Source of the DNA: Patescibacteria group bacterium
Lineage (GTDB): Bacteria; Patescibacteriota; Minisyncoccia; UBA6257; 02-FULL-45-10c
Length of the DNA stretch: 52,566 bases
Assembly: GCA_018969615.1 (NCBI GenBank)
Contig: JAGWYA010000001.1
Coordinates: 1 to 52,566, forward strand
Direction: 5' to 3'
Shown here piece after piece: positions 1 through 8,618 of this stretch. Under the pieces are notes generated by a model, which worked only from the letters and a program-made list of their open reading frames with translations, did no database searches and had not been told where the DNA came from. A program made the position numbers and the translations under genes. The stretch's first letter is position 1; each line of letters begins with the position of its first letter.

Positions 1-1
1 G

Positions 2-76
2 CTGGCGCGGGTAAAGAATAAGAAAGCTGACGAGCGGGGGAAGTTTGTTAAGCGTATTATCCTTGATGAGTCCTAA
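2..76 (+). CDS. Probable 3' end of a gene entering from the left (LARVKNKKADERGKFVKRIILDES*)
   Basis: Open frame 2 to TAA at 74-76, directly followed by a hairpin. Confidence 0.4.
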   Translation: MARVKNKKADERGKFVKRIILDES

Positions 77-80
77 TACA

Positions 81-105
81 AAAACCGCCTTGAAGGCGGT
101 TTTTG
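81..105. terminator. Bidirectional intrinsic terminator
   Basis: AAAAACCGCC-TTGAA-GGCGGTTTTT between convergent genes. Confidence 0.75.
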
Positions 106-119
106 TATAGATTTTCAAT

Positions 120-2144
120 CTATTGGTATTCGGTCCAGGTAGCCGGGCAGCTTCCATAGCCGGATGCCGCGTTTATTTGATAGGCATATCCCGGCGGGAC
201 AATAAAGAATGCAGATGCGTAAGATCCGGATGCACCGCCATTATTTACAGTAACCGACGCTTGAACAAGATACGTAGGGTTTGTCTTGGCGCTTGGAGTT
301 CCGAGATAGGAAAAGAAACCGGCTACAACGTTTCCGTTGCTCAAGAGCCCGGACTGTGCCGCGACGAAGATCGGCTTCGAGGTGTTGTTGGTATAAACGG
401 TGCTGCATGCCCGGCTTGTGCTGACCGGGCTTGAGAAATAAGTACTCCCATTTTCCGCGATCGAAGAGCCGGGAGCGCCGGTAAGCATAGAGCCGTCGGG
501 GAATTTAATGCCGTCCACACCCGGTGTGCCGCCGATGGTGAGCTTTGCGGACGGGCTGGTCGTTCCGATGCCGACATTTTGCGTCGTGTCTTGAACATAG
601 GTGCTGCTTCCGGACGTTCCCCAGATGGAGTTTGAGGTTGCGGAATCGGCGGTTGTTTTCATGCAGTAAGTTAAAGCAATGTTCGCCGGGCGGGTTTCTG
701 CTCCAGTGCGTGGAGTGCCGTTCGCCCCGTCTGCGCGGAAACCTATTGTTCCTACGCTGCCCCCCGTAGGTGAACTTCCCTGAACTAAGCTTTGATATCC
801 GCTCGCAGAAACTCCTATAGGCACACTCATCTCGAATCCTTGGAGTTGATCGTTTTGTTCTGCGTCAAGTGTTCCTGAGAAAAATGCTCCGTTTGCGTTG
901 GTATAGGTTCCGTTCGTTCCTGCGCCGCGGACGAACATACCGCGAAGGTCGGGGGTTCCGCTGGTGCCGTCGGCAAGGATCCAGCCGGTCGGGCAGGTTG
1001 ACTGATTGAAGGCTGCGATCGTATTTGCCGGGATGCCGCTTCCCAATGAGGCAGTTGATTGTACCGTCCCATCCGGGAATTTAAAACCTCCGGTCTCGGA
1101 GTAGATCGTTCCGTTCGCGTCGAGCGCCGAATTTGGCGTAGAGGTTCCGATCCCGACATATCCCTGGTTGCCGTCCACCTCAAGGATATTTGCGTGCTTA
1201 TAATTCCCCGCATCATCAGTCGAGCTGAATTCGAGTTTTTGGTTCGCCTGGCGGAGGAAGATCTGCTTGGTATTTGCCGCGCCGCCGGAGTGGATGAAGT
1301 CGAGCTCGGCGCTGTTCGCGCCCGCGATCGCAATGACCGCACCGATCGAGCCGGTTCCATTTACTTCCAGCGCCGGGCTGTAAGTGTAAGAAAGCCCGGT
1401 CGCACCGATCGCGCCCGGATTCGCCGTTCCGATGCCGACCTGTCCGGAAACAATGAGTCCGCCGGTCGGAGCGGTATTCGCTCCAGCGAATGTCCCAAAT
1501 GCCGCACCGCCATTGACGTCGAGGCTATTGGCCAGAGAGGTGACTCCAATCCCGGCGCCGCCGCTCAAAAGCAGGTTCTGCCAGCGGGCGCTGGTCTGGC
1601 CGACGCTGTAGGTGTTGTCGGTTCCCGGGACGATGTCGGAATCGAAGGTTGCGGCGCTTACCCGCGCGACGGCGGAGGTGAGCGTCTTCGTAAACGCGCT
1701 TTGTGTATTGGTGGTGTTATAGCTCAGAGAAATGTTCACCTGGACGGAGTCATGGCCCGGATAGGCAGTGACTTTTGTGAACTGCAATTGATCCGCATTC
1801 ACTTTACTATTCGTCAGAGCAAGAGGGCTCGCCGTGCCTTTTTTCATATAGATCGTTGTCCCGGAGGTATAGATCGTGGTCGGATCTAATGCCGGGTCCG
1901 CCATCCGAAGCTTCAAAGTCGTTGTCGCCACATTTGCATCGGTATCGATCTCGCTTGAATCGCGCACCTCGGTTTGGATGTTCTTTAAGACGAAGTCGAT
2001 CTGCTGATTCACTTCGGTCGAGGCATCCTGTGAATTTTGGAGTTTTAAAACGCTCAGAAGCGTTTGGTTCAAAAAAACACCCGCGACTCCGACGAGGGCG
2101 GTGTAGATCATAACCTCAGCTAATGAAAAGCCTTTTCTGTGCAT
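120..2144 (-). CDS. Prepilin-type N-terminal cleavage/methylation protein with tail-fibre/tail-collar-like C-terminal modules (putative adhesin)
   Basis: G|FSLAEVMI class III signal plus hydrophobic helix; repeated VGIGT..P and KFPDG motifs; GTPDLRGMFVRG...ETRPANIAL collar-like segment. Confidence 0.75.
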   Translation of the reverse strand: MHRKGFSLAEVMIYTALVGVAGVFLNQTLLSVLKLQNSQDASTEVNQQIDFVLKNIQTEVRDSSEIDTDANVATTTLKLRMADPALDPTTIYTSGTTIYMKKGTASPLALTNSKVNADQLQFTKVTAYPGHDSVQVNISLSYNTTNTQSAFTKTLTSAVARVSAATFDSDIVPGTDNTYSVGQTSARWQNLLLSGGAGIGVTSLANSLDVNGGAAFGTFAGANTAPTGGLIVSGQVGIGTANPGAIGATGLSYTYSPALEVNGTGSIGAVIAIAGANSAELDFIHSGGAANTKQIFLRQANQKLEFSSTDDAGNYKHANILEVDGNQGYVGIGTSTPNSALDANGTIYSETGGFKFPDGTVQSTASLGSGIPANTIAAFNQSTCPTGWILADGTSGTPDLRGMFVRGAGTNGTYTNANGAFFSGTLDAEQNDQLQGFEMSVPIGVSASGYQSLVQGSSPTGGSVGTIGFRADGANGTPRTGAETRPANIALTYCMKTTADSATSNSIWGTSGSSTYVQDTTQNVGIGTTSPSAKLTIGGTPGVDGIKFPDGSMLTGAPGSSIAENGSTYFSSPVSTSRACSTVYTNNTSKPIFVAAQSGLLSNGNVVAGFFSYLGTPSAKTNPTYLVQASVTVNNGGASGSYASAFFIVPPGYAYQINAASGYGSCPATWTEYQ

Positions 2145-2247
2145 AGGATGCGATAGATTAATTAAAATATACCTTTAGTATACCACAAACTGAAAGCCTA
2201 AAGCCTATTGAGCATCCGACATTTAACTTTTGACATTCGACTATTGT

Positions 2248-2856
2248 CTATACTGCCGTCGGATCGAAGAATAAGATCAGAAGGGTTCGGGCAACGATCT
2301 TCATATCCAGTGAAGGGGACTGATGTTTCACATAGAAGTCATCAAGCGAGAGTTCTTTCAGGAAAGGAAGGCTTGAGGCGCCTTGGACCTGCGAATAGCC
2401 GGTAATGCCGGCTTTTGCGAGCGGAAGGTGGCGGTACTCGGCAGGATAATGGGCTATTTCTTCAGGTTCATGCGGCCGCGGGCCAACCAGTGAAAGTTCG
2501 CCTTTGAGCACATTGATGAATTGAGGGAACTCATCGATCCGGAACTTTCGGAGCACTTTGCCGACGCGGGTTAGACGGGGATCGCGGCGCATCTTAAAGA
2601 ACGGGCCATCGTGGCGCTCGTTGAGCGGAGCAAGCTCGCCATATTTAAGCTGATGGGAGTTCGCGCGCATCGAACGGAACTTATAGACCTTGATCAGTTT
2701 TCCTTCGCTGACGCGGTCGAGGGCAACAATGACCGGTCCGCGGGAATCGATCAGGATCGCCAGGGCGACGAACGGGTAGAGGACGACCATGATCGCAACG
2801 CCGATCAGCGATCCGATGATATCCGCAGTTCGCTTTGCAATTTGATACGAAAGCAT
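2248..2856 (-). CDS. Bacterial sugar transferase (polyprenyl-phosphate glycosylphosphotransferase)
   Basis: KFRSM, DPRLTRVG, DEFPQFINVLKGELSLVGPRP motifs. Confidence 0.92.
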   Translation of the reverse strand: MLSYQIAKRTADIIGSLIGVAIMVVLYPFVALAILIDSRGPVIVALDRVSEGKLIKVYKFRSMRANSHQLKYGELAPLNERHDGPFFKMRRDPRLTRVGKVLRKFRIDEFPQFINVLKGELSLVGPRPHEPEEIAHYPAEYRHLPLAKAGITGYSQVQGASSLPFLKELSLDDFYVKHQSPSLDMKIVARTLLILFFDPTAV

Positions 2857-2879
2857 AGGATAATTATATAGTAATTAGC

Positions 2880-3011
2880 GCGTAGGCAGTAGCACGTAGG
2901 CAGTAAAAATAAAAAGTAGTGAGTAGGCAGTAGTACGTAGAGAATAAAAAACTCTACTATCCACTTCCTATTCGCTATCTCTACTGCCCACGTACTACTT
3001 CCTACTTACTA
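2880..3011. repeat. Intergenic cluster of GT(A/G)GGCAGTA short repeats, direct then inverted
   Basis: GTAGGCAGTA at 2882, 2896, 2923; TACTGCCCAC at 2982. Confidence 0.75.
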
Positions 3012-3013
3012 TC

Positions 3014-4105
3014 ATGAGAATCGCACTTGTCCATGATTATCTGAACCAATACGGCGGAGCCGAACGCGTTTTAGAGGCGTTCAATGAGCTGTATCCGGAG
3101 GCGCCGATCTATACGCTGTTCTATGATCAGGAAGGAACGATGAACCGCTTCGAGCACAAACCGCGCATCACCAGTTTTTTGGACCATCCTTTGGTGACCA
3201 AGCATCATCGTCCGTTTATCCCGCTGATGCCGATGGCGGCAACATCGATCAATCTCGGAAAGGATTTTGATGTGATCCTTTCGTCGAGCGCAGGGTATGG
3301 AAAAGGAGTGCGATATGGCGGCGATGCGGTGCATATCGCGTATTGCCATACGCCGCTTCGGTACGCCTGGGAGCATACGAAATATTTCAACTGGCATCCG
3401 ATGCTCAAAACCGCGGCGATGCCGGCGTTCTGGTATTTGAAGCAATGGGATTATCGCGCCGGACAGAAGCCGGACCGCATGTTCGCGAACTCTTCGTTCA
3501 TCGCGGAGAAGATCAAGCGCTATTACGGCCGTTCCGCGGAAGTGTTGTTCCCGCCGGTTGATCTGAAAGTGTTCTATCGGGATAAGCGGATCCCGAAGCA
3601 GGGGTATTTTCTTGCGGTAGGCAGGATCCTGCATTATAAAAAGTTCGATCTGATCATCCAGGCGTTCAATAAGCTGAACCTGCCGCTGTATATCATCGGC
3701 GACGGCCCCGACCTCGAGCATTTGAAATCGTTAGTGCGCTCACCGCAGATCCGCTTCCTGTCATTTTTAGGCGAGGATGAACTGCGGGCGTATTACAACG
3801 GCGCGGAAGCGGTCATTTTCCCGCAGGAAGAGGATTTCGGATTGGTCGCCGCCGAAGCGCAGGCATGCGGCACGCCGGTTATCGCTTTTGCGCAGGGTGG
3901 AGCCCGCGAGATCGTGCTTGACGGCACGACCGGCGTTCTCTTTCATCACCAGTCTCCGGAGGACCTTATGATGGCCGTGAAGAAATTCCAGCTGATGGTC
4001 TTTGATCCGCAGGTGGTCAGAAATTCCGCGAAGCGGTTCTCAAAAACGCATTTTAAAAAAGTGATCGCAAAAGCGGTGAGTGAGGCGACTAAAAATAGGA
4101 AGTAG
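3014..4105 (+). CDS. Glycosyltransferase family 4
   Basis: HDYLNQYGGAERV N-terminus; EDFGLVAAEAQACGTPVIA (Ex7E) motif. Confidence 0.93.
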   Translation: MRIALVHDYLNQYGGAERVLEAFNELYPEAPIYTLFYDQEGTMNRFEHKPRITSFLDHPLVTKHHRPFIPLMPMAATSINLGKDFDVILSSSAGYGKGVRYGGDAVHIAYCHTPLRYAWEHTKYFNWHPMLKTAAMPAFWYLKQWDYRAGQKPDRMFANSSFIAEKIKRYYGRSAEVLFPPVDLKVFYRDKRIPKQGYFLAVGRILHYKKFDLIIQAFNKLNLPLYIIGDGPDLEHLKSLVRSPQIRFLSFLGEDELRAYYNGAEAVIFPQEEDFGLVAAEAQACGTPVIAFAQGGAREIVLDGTTGVLFHHQSPEDLMMAVKKFQLMVFDPQVVRNSAKRFSKTHFKKVIAKAVSEATKNRK

Positions 4106-4165
4106 GGAGTAGGCAGTAGCTCGTAGGGATTAAAGCCCTCTACTGCCCACGGGCTACTTACTACG
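4100..4165. repeat. Second cluster of the same short repeat family
   Basis: GTAGGCAGTA at 4109, TACTGCCCAC at 4141. Confidence 0.7.
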
Positions 4166-4216
4166 CGCCATCTCTGCTGCCTTGGATTTGGTAATTCGGC
4201 GTGCTACCATCTCTGC

Positions 4217-6031
4217 ATGCAAGACATCCGCAACTTTTGTATCATTGCGCACGTCGACCACGGGAAGTCCACGCTGGCTGACCGTCTTTTGGAGATCACC
4301 GGAACCGTGGAGAAGCGCCGGATGAAAGCGCAGTATCTGGACCAGCTTGAGCTTGAGCGGGAGCGAGGGATCACGATCAAAATGGCGCCGGTACGCATGG
4401 CGTATACCTATCAGGGGCGTCCGTTCACACTGAACTTGATTGACACGCCGGGGCACACCGATTTTTCGTACGAAGTATCCCGCGCGCTCGCCGCGGTGGA
4501 CGGCGCGATCCTGCTGGTGGACGCCTCACAGGGGATCCAGGCGCAGACCTTGGCGAACTTTAATGCCGCCAAGCGCGCAGGCCTGACGATCGTCGGCGCA
4601 GTGAATAAAGTCGACCTTGCGCCGCTGATGGCGGATGAGGTCGTGAAGAGCACTGCCGAGCTGCTCGGCGTCGATCCGTCGGAGATCTTCCGCGTTTCCG
4701 GAAAGACCGGATTGGGCGTCGAAGAGCTTTTGCGCGCGGTCATTGAGAAAGTTCCTGCGCCGCGCCCGCGCCCCAGCCCCAGCGCAACTCCGCTGCCGTT
4801 CAGGGCATTGATCTTCGACTCTTTCTATCATGAACACAAAGGGATCGTTGCGACGGTCCGTGTTACGAACGGCAGCATCAAAAACGGCGATGCGGTCAAT
4901 TTGATCGCAACCAAGACGCCGTTCAAAGTGAAAGAGCTCGGACATTTTGCGCCGGAGATGCGGACCGATGCCGAGATCGGCGAAGGGCAGATCGGCTATG
5001 TCGCGACCGGGCTCAAGGACCCTGAGCTTCTGAAGATCGGCGATACGATGCTGGTCGCCCCGCTTGATGCCGCCGAGCAGCTGGCTCATGCGCTTCCGGG
5101 TTATAAGGACCCGCAGCCGGTCGTCTTCGTTTCATTCTATCCGGAAGAGAGCGATAACTATGACGATCTGAAGAGCGCGTTCGGAAAATTACGCTTGAAC
5201 GATTCGGCCCTCCGATTCGAGCCTGATGCGAACGAATTTTTGGGACGCGGTTTTAAGACCGGATTTCTGGGGAAGCTTCATTTCGAGATCACCGCCGAGC
5301 GGCTGGAAAAAGAGTTCCACATTCGCACCGTGCATAGTTTCCCGTCGGTATCGTACAAGGTGCATTTGCGGAACGGGGAGTGGCTTATGGTGACCAATCC
5401 GAAAGATTTTCCCGATGATCATCAGGAGGTGCTTGAGCCGATCGCGAAAGTGGACATTCTGACGCCGCCGGAGTACGTCGGAACCGTGCTGCGGTTGCAG
5501 GAAGTGTTCCGCCTCCGCAATATCACTACGAACACGCTGGGCGGCATTATGCTGATCTCAGCGAGCCTGCCGCTCTCGGATCTGATCCGCGATTTTGACG
5601 ATCAATTGAAATCGATCTCCGCCGGCTATGCGTCATTGAGCTATGAGATCGCTTCGTTCGAACCGGCTAATGTGGCGAAATTGGAAGTATTGGTCGCAAC
5701 TCATGACGTCGGCGGTTTGACGCGGATCGTGCATGCTGATGACGTGGAACGCGACGCGCGGAAGACCGTGGAGCGGCTGAAGGACCTTCTGCCGCAGCAG
5801 CAGTTCTCCCAGGCGATCCAGGCGGTCGTCAGCGGAAAAGTGGTCGCGCGCGAGACGATCCCGGCGATCAAGAAAGAGCTCGGTAATTTCGGGAAGAACG
5901 GGGGCGATATTACGCGAAAAATGAAGTTATGGAAGAAACAGCAGCGCGGAAAGGAGAACCTGAAGGAGCGCTCGCTGAAATCGAAGATCGATGTTCCCGC
6001 CAGCGTTTTTAAAGAGCTACTAAAGAAATAA
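4217..6031 (+). CDS. lepA: Elongation factor 4 (LepA)
   Basis: IRNFCIIAHVDHGKSTLADRLLE, ERERGITIK, DTPGH, GFLGKLH, GGDITRKMKL. Confidence 0.97.
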   Translation: MQDIRNFCIIAHVDHGKSTLADRLLEITGTVEKRRMKAQYLDQLELERERGITIKMAPVRMAYTYQGRPFTLNLIDTPGHTDFSYEVSRALAAVDGAILLVDASQGIQAQTLANFNAAKRAGLTIVGAVNKVDLAPLMADEVVKSTAELLGVDPSEIFRVSGKTGLGVEELLRAVIEKVPAPRPRPSPSATPLPFRALIFDSFYHEHKGIVATVRVTNGSIKNGDAVNLIATKTPFKVKELGHFAPEMRTDAEIGEGQIGYVATGLKDPELLKIGDTMLVAPLDAAEQLAHALPGYKDPQPVVFVSFYPEESDNYDDLKSAFGKLRLNDSALRFEPDANEFLGRGFKTGFLGKLHFEITAERLEKEFHIRTVHSFPSVSYKVHLRNGEWLMVTNPKDFPDDHQEVLEPIAKVDILTPPEYVGTVLRLQEVFRLRNITTNTLGGIMLISASLPLSDLIRDFDDQLKSISAGYASLSYEIASFEPANVAKLEVLVATHDVGGLTRIVHADDVERDARKTVERLKDLLPQQQFSQAIQAVVSGKVVARETIPAIKKELGNFGKNGGDITRKMKLWKKQQRGKENLKERSLKSKIDVPASVFKELLKK

Positions 6032-6054
6032 TGGGCGAGGCTCGCCTTCGGCGG

Positions 6055-6090
6055 CCGGCAAGCGTCTTTAAAGAGCTGCTGAAAAAATGA
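6055..6090 (+). repeat. Synonymously diverged duplicate of the last 12 codons of lepA (PASVFKELLKK*)
   Basis: Compare 5996-6031 with 6055-6090; same peptide, 7 silent differences. Confidence 0.85.
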
Positions 6091-6103
6091 TACGATAAAA
6101 GAA

Positions 6104-6427
6104 ATGAACTCCGGAATGAAACGGCTTCTCTTCGGTCTTATGCTTATCGTTACGGGCACGCTTTTGTACGGGACCGTAAAGCTTTATCTTGAGCACGAAA
6201 GTTTGGCCGCGGAATATTCGTCCGTGGAAGCGCATTTGAGGTCGCTGCAAACCGATACCGCGAACCTGTCGTCGGACATTCAGTATTATCAGGACCCTGC
6301 GAACCTGGAAAAAGAACTGCGGAGCAAGTTCAATTATAAAGCGCCCGGCGAGCATTTAGTGATCGTCGTTCCGGGAAGCGATGCGTCTTCGAGCGTTTCC
6401 TCGGCCACGTCTTCTTTAAGCAACTAA
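6104..6427 (+). CDS. Septum formation initiator (FtsB/DivIC family)
   Basis: TM helix, coiled coil, LEKELRSKFNYKAPGEHLV end. Confidence 0.75.
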   Translation: MNSGMKRLLFGLMLIVTGTLLYGTVKLYLEHESLAAEYSSVEAHLRSLQTDTANLSSDIQYYQDPANLEKELRSKFNYKAPGEHLVIVVPGSDASSSVSSATSSLSN

Positions 6428-6434
6428 TTCCACT

Positions 6435-7019
6435 ATGTCATTTAAACGTTCAGTCGCGATCTTCGGGATCATGATGGGATGCGGGCTCGGCGCTTATCTG
6501 ATCGCCTGGAACGGATGGTATCCGATCGCGATGGTCAATTACCACGTGATCTCCGCCGCCGCGCTTGAGCAGAACACGGGCATCGCCTATACGTACTATA
6601 AGAATGCGCTGTCGTTGTCCGGCGGCGATACGTCGGCGCTGAACGCTCCTCAGTCGTCGCAGGAACTTCACCGGGCGGCGCTTGATGAGCTTATTTCCCG
6701 TGCGCTCATTCTTCAGGAGCTTCAGCATCGCATGAGCTCGTCCGATCTCCAGGCGGTCGTAGACCGCAAGATCGCCGATCTGACCAGCGCGACGACCACC
6801 GACCTGAGCGCGGGCGTTGAAAAGCTGTACGGCATGACCCTTGATACGTTCAAGCAGGAAGTGCTTACGCCGGAGGCGTATACGGAGGTCCTCCAGGGAA
6901 GAATGAATTTTACGAGCCAGGATTTTACGACGTGGCTGGCAAGCGCGCGACAGAACGCCTCGGTGATCATTTTGTACCCCGGCCTTTCTTGGAACGGGAC
7001 CCGGGTCGCTGCGCAGTAG
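6435..7019 (+). CDS. SurA N-terminal-domain-like membrane-anchored chaperone
   Basis: TM anchor, PIAMVN..IS, ALDELISRALILQE, WL...RQNASV. Confidence 0.65.
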   Translation: MSFKRSVAIFGIMMGCGLGAYLIAWNGWYPIAMVNYHVISAAALEQNTGIAYTYYKNALSLSGGDTSALNAPQSSQELHRAALDELISRALILQELQHRMSSSDLQAVVDRKIADLTSATTTDLSAGVEKLYGMTLDTFKQEVLTPEAYTEVLQGRMNFTSQDFTTWLASARQNASVIILYPGLSWNGTRVAAQ

Positions 7020-7040
7020 GCCGGTGGATATAGTATACTG

Positions 7041-7496
7041 ATGAGTATGGAAACTTCATCGCATCGTTCATCGCGGGAGCGGACCACGACCCCGATCCGA
7101 AATGTGAACATCGAACACAAAGAGAACCTGACCCGTCTGGAGCGGGTCGCTTTATGGATCACGGAACGCGTGGGGACGATGGGTTTTACGGCGATCGTGG
7201 TCGGATGGACCATCGGTTGGCTGCTCTGGAACACCTTTGCGCCGCACGGGATGCGGTTCGATCCGTATCCGGGATTTGTTTTGTGGTTGTTCATTTCGAA
7301 CGTGATCCAATTGTTCCTGACGCCGATGATCATGATCGGACAGAACCTTCAGTCCCGCCATTCTGAAGCGCGGGCGGAAGCGGATTTTGAAGTGAACGTC
7401 CATTCCGAGGAGCAGATCGAAATGATCTTGCAGCATCTCGAAGATCAAACGGATCTTATTTTGCAGATCGTCAAAAAACTTGAGGAACGGAAGTAG
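7041..7496 (+). CDS. DUF1003 membrane protein
   Basis: FDPYPGFVL, PMIMIGQN, ADFEVN motifs. Confidence 0.8.
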   Translation: MSMETSSHRSSRERTTTPIRNVNIEHKENLTRLERVALWITERVGTMGFTAIVVGWTIGWLLWNTFAPHGMRFDPYPGFVLWLFISNVIQLFLTPMIMIGQNLQSRHSEARAEADFEVNVHSEEQIEMILQHLEDQTDLILQIVKKLEERK

Positions 7497-7523
7497 ACGG
7501 GATGGTGAGCAGGGCGTGGGCAG

Positions 7524-7558
7524 CCCCGACCGCAGTCGGGGAGCCGACAAGGGTCGGC
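7524..7558. repeat. REP-like double hairpin
   Basis: CCCCGAC-CGCA-GTCGGGG followed by GCCGAC-AAGG-GTCGGC, flanked by GTGGGCAG and TAGGCAGTA repeats. Confidence 0.6.
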
Positions 7559-7569
7559 TTAGGCAGTAA

Positions 7570-7603
7570 AAATAAAAAATACCCTTAAGGGTATTTTTTA
7601 TTT
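7570..7603. terminator. Perfect 34-bp palindrome, probable bidirectional terminator
   Basis: AAATAAAAAATACCCTT|AAGGGTATTTTTTATTT between the convergent DUF1003 gene and tRNA-Gly. Confidence 0.7.
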
Positions 7604-7606
7604 GGG

Positions 7607-7677
7607 AGCGGAATACCGGAATCGAACCGGCACCTCAACCTTGGGAAGGTTGCGTACTACCACTATACTAATTCCGC
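7607..7677 (-). tRNA. tRNA-Gly(CCC)
   Basis: GCGGAAT acceptor, CAACC-TTCCCAA-GGTTG anticodon arm, CCGG-TTCGATT-CCGG T arm; CCA not encoded. Confidence 0.95.
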
Positions 7678-7687
7678 ATTATTGATC

Positions 7688-7777
7688 ACCTTGGGAACCT
7701 GCCTGCTCGCCTCGCTGGCGCTTTGGCGAAGCGGGCCGGCAGGCAGGGGTCGCATACTACCACTGTACTATACCCGC
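7688..7777 (-). pseudogene. 5' half of a second tRNA-Gly(CCC) allele interrupted by a 50-bp palindromic element
   Basis: Removing 7698-7747 leaves 40 nt that match the 5' part of the adjacent tRNA at 34/40; no T arm follows. Confidence 0.85.
7698..7747. mobile_element. REP/MITE-like palindromic insertion
   Basis: 9-bp terminal inverted repeats CCTGCCTGC/GCAGGCAGG with internal hairpins. Confidence 0.7.
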
Positions 7778-7811
7778 AAAACTGCTATAGTTGAGTATAC
7801 TTAAAGATACT

Positions 7812-8510
7812 ATGCATCTCGAGCAGCATGCAACAGGGTTGGGAAGTTATATCAAAGATATCGTCTACGGCGCGAACGACGGGATCATTACGACGTTTGC
7901 GATCATTGCCGGCTCCGTCGGCGCCAAGTTTCCGCTGAAGGTCATTGTGATCCTCGGCATTGCGAACCTGATCGCGGACGGTTTTTCGATGGCGGCGAGC
8001 AATTTCCTCGGGACGCGGTCCGAGAACGCGTTGTTCCGGAGCGAACAGAGGCGCGAGATCGACGAAGTGGAGCATAAGACCGAGATCGAAAAGCAGGAGA
8101 TCCGCGAGATCTTCGCCGAGAAAGGGTTCGATCAGGAAAAGACCGAACAGCTGGTCGGTCTGGTGAGCGGGAACAAGCCGTTTTGGATCGATTTCATGAT
8201 GCGCTATGAACTGGGCCTGACCGTTCCTGAAGAGGACAGCGAATGGAAGGCCGGTTTACTGACGTTCTTCTCGTTCGTGATCGCCGGATCGCTTCCGTTG
8301 CTTCCGTTCCTGATCCTCGGAACCGGCGGGCATACGTTCATCTATTCCATCATTTCCACGGCCGTTTCGCTGTTCATTGTCGGCGCTGCGCGGCAGATCA
8401 TTACCAAGGAGCATTGGCTGAAAGGAGGGCTTGAAATGCTCTTGGTCGGGGGGGTAGCGGCAATTGCGGCATATATGTTAGGATATTTTGTCGGCGGGAT
8501 CGCCGGTTGA
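7812..8510 (+). CDS. VIT1/CCC1 family Fe/Mn transporter
   Basis: DIVYGANDGIITTFA, ADGFSMAASNFL, MMRYELGL; start placed at ATG 7812. Confidence 0.92.
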   Translation: MHLEQHATGLGSYIKDIVYGANDGIITTFAIIAGSVGAKFPLKVIVILGIANLIADGFSMAASNFLGTRSENALFRSEQRREIDEVEHKTEIEKQEIREIFAEKGFDQEKTEQLVGLVSGNKPFWIDFMMRYELGLTVPEEDSEWKAGLLTFFSFVIAGSLPLLPFLILGTGGHTFIYSIISTAVSLFIVGAARQIITKEHWLKGGLEMLLVGGVAAIAAYMLGYFVGGIAG

Positions 8511-8532
8511 CCGGCCGTTTTTCCTCCGCGCT

Positions 8533-8605
8533 GCCACTTTAGCTCAGCTGGTAGAGCAGTCCCTTCGTAAGGGAAAGGTCCCCGGTTCGAATCCGGGAAG
8601 TGGCT
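8533..8605 (+). tRNA. tRNA-Thr(CGT)
   Basis: GCCACTT/AAGTGGC acceptor, AGCTCAGCTGGTAGAGC D arm, anticodon CGT at 8566-8568, GGTTCGAATCC. Confidence 0.95.
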
Positions 8606-8618
8606 CACGTTTTGTATT

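Noticed and set aside
120-600. Diversity-generating retroelement target at the adhesin C-terminus
   Set aside because: No template repeat or reverse transcriptase is seen in the window.
2880-3011. Possible CRISPR array
   Set aside because: Repeats are ~10 nt, irregularly spaced and partly inverted; there are no spacers or cas genes.
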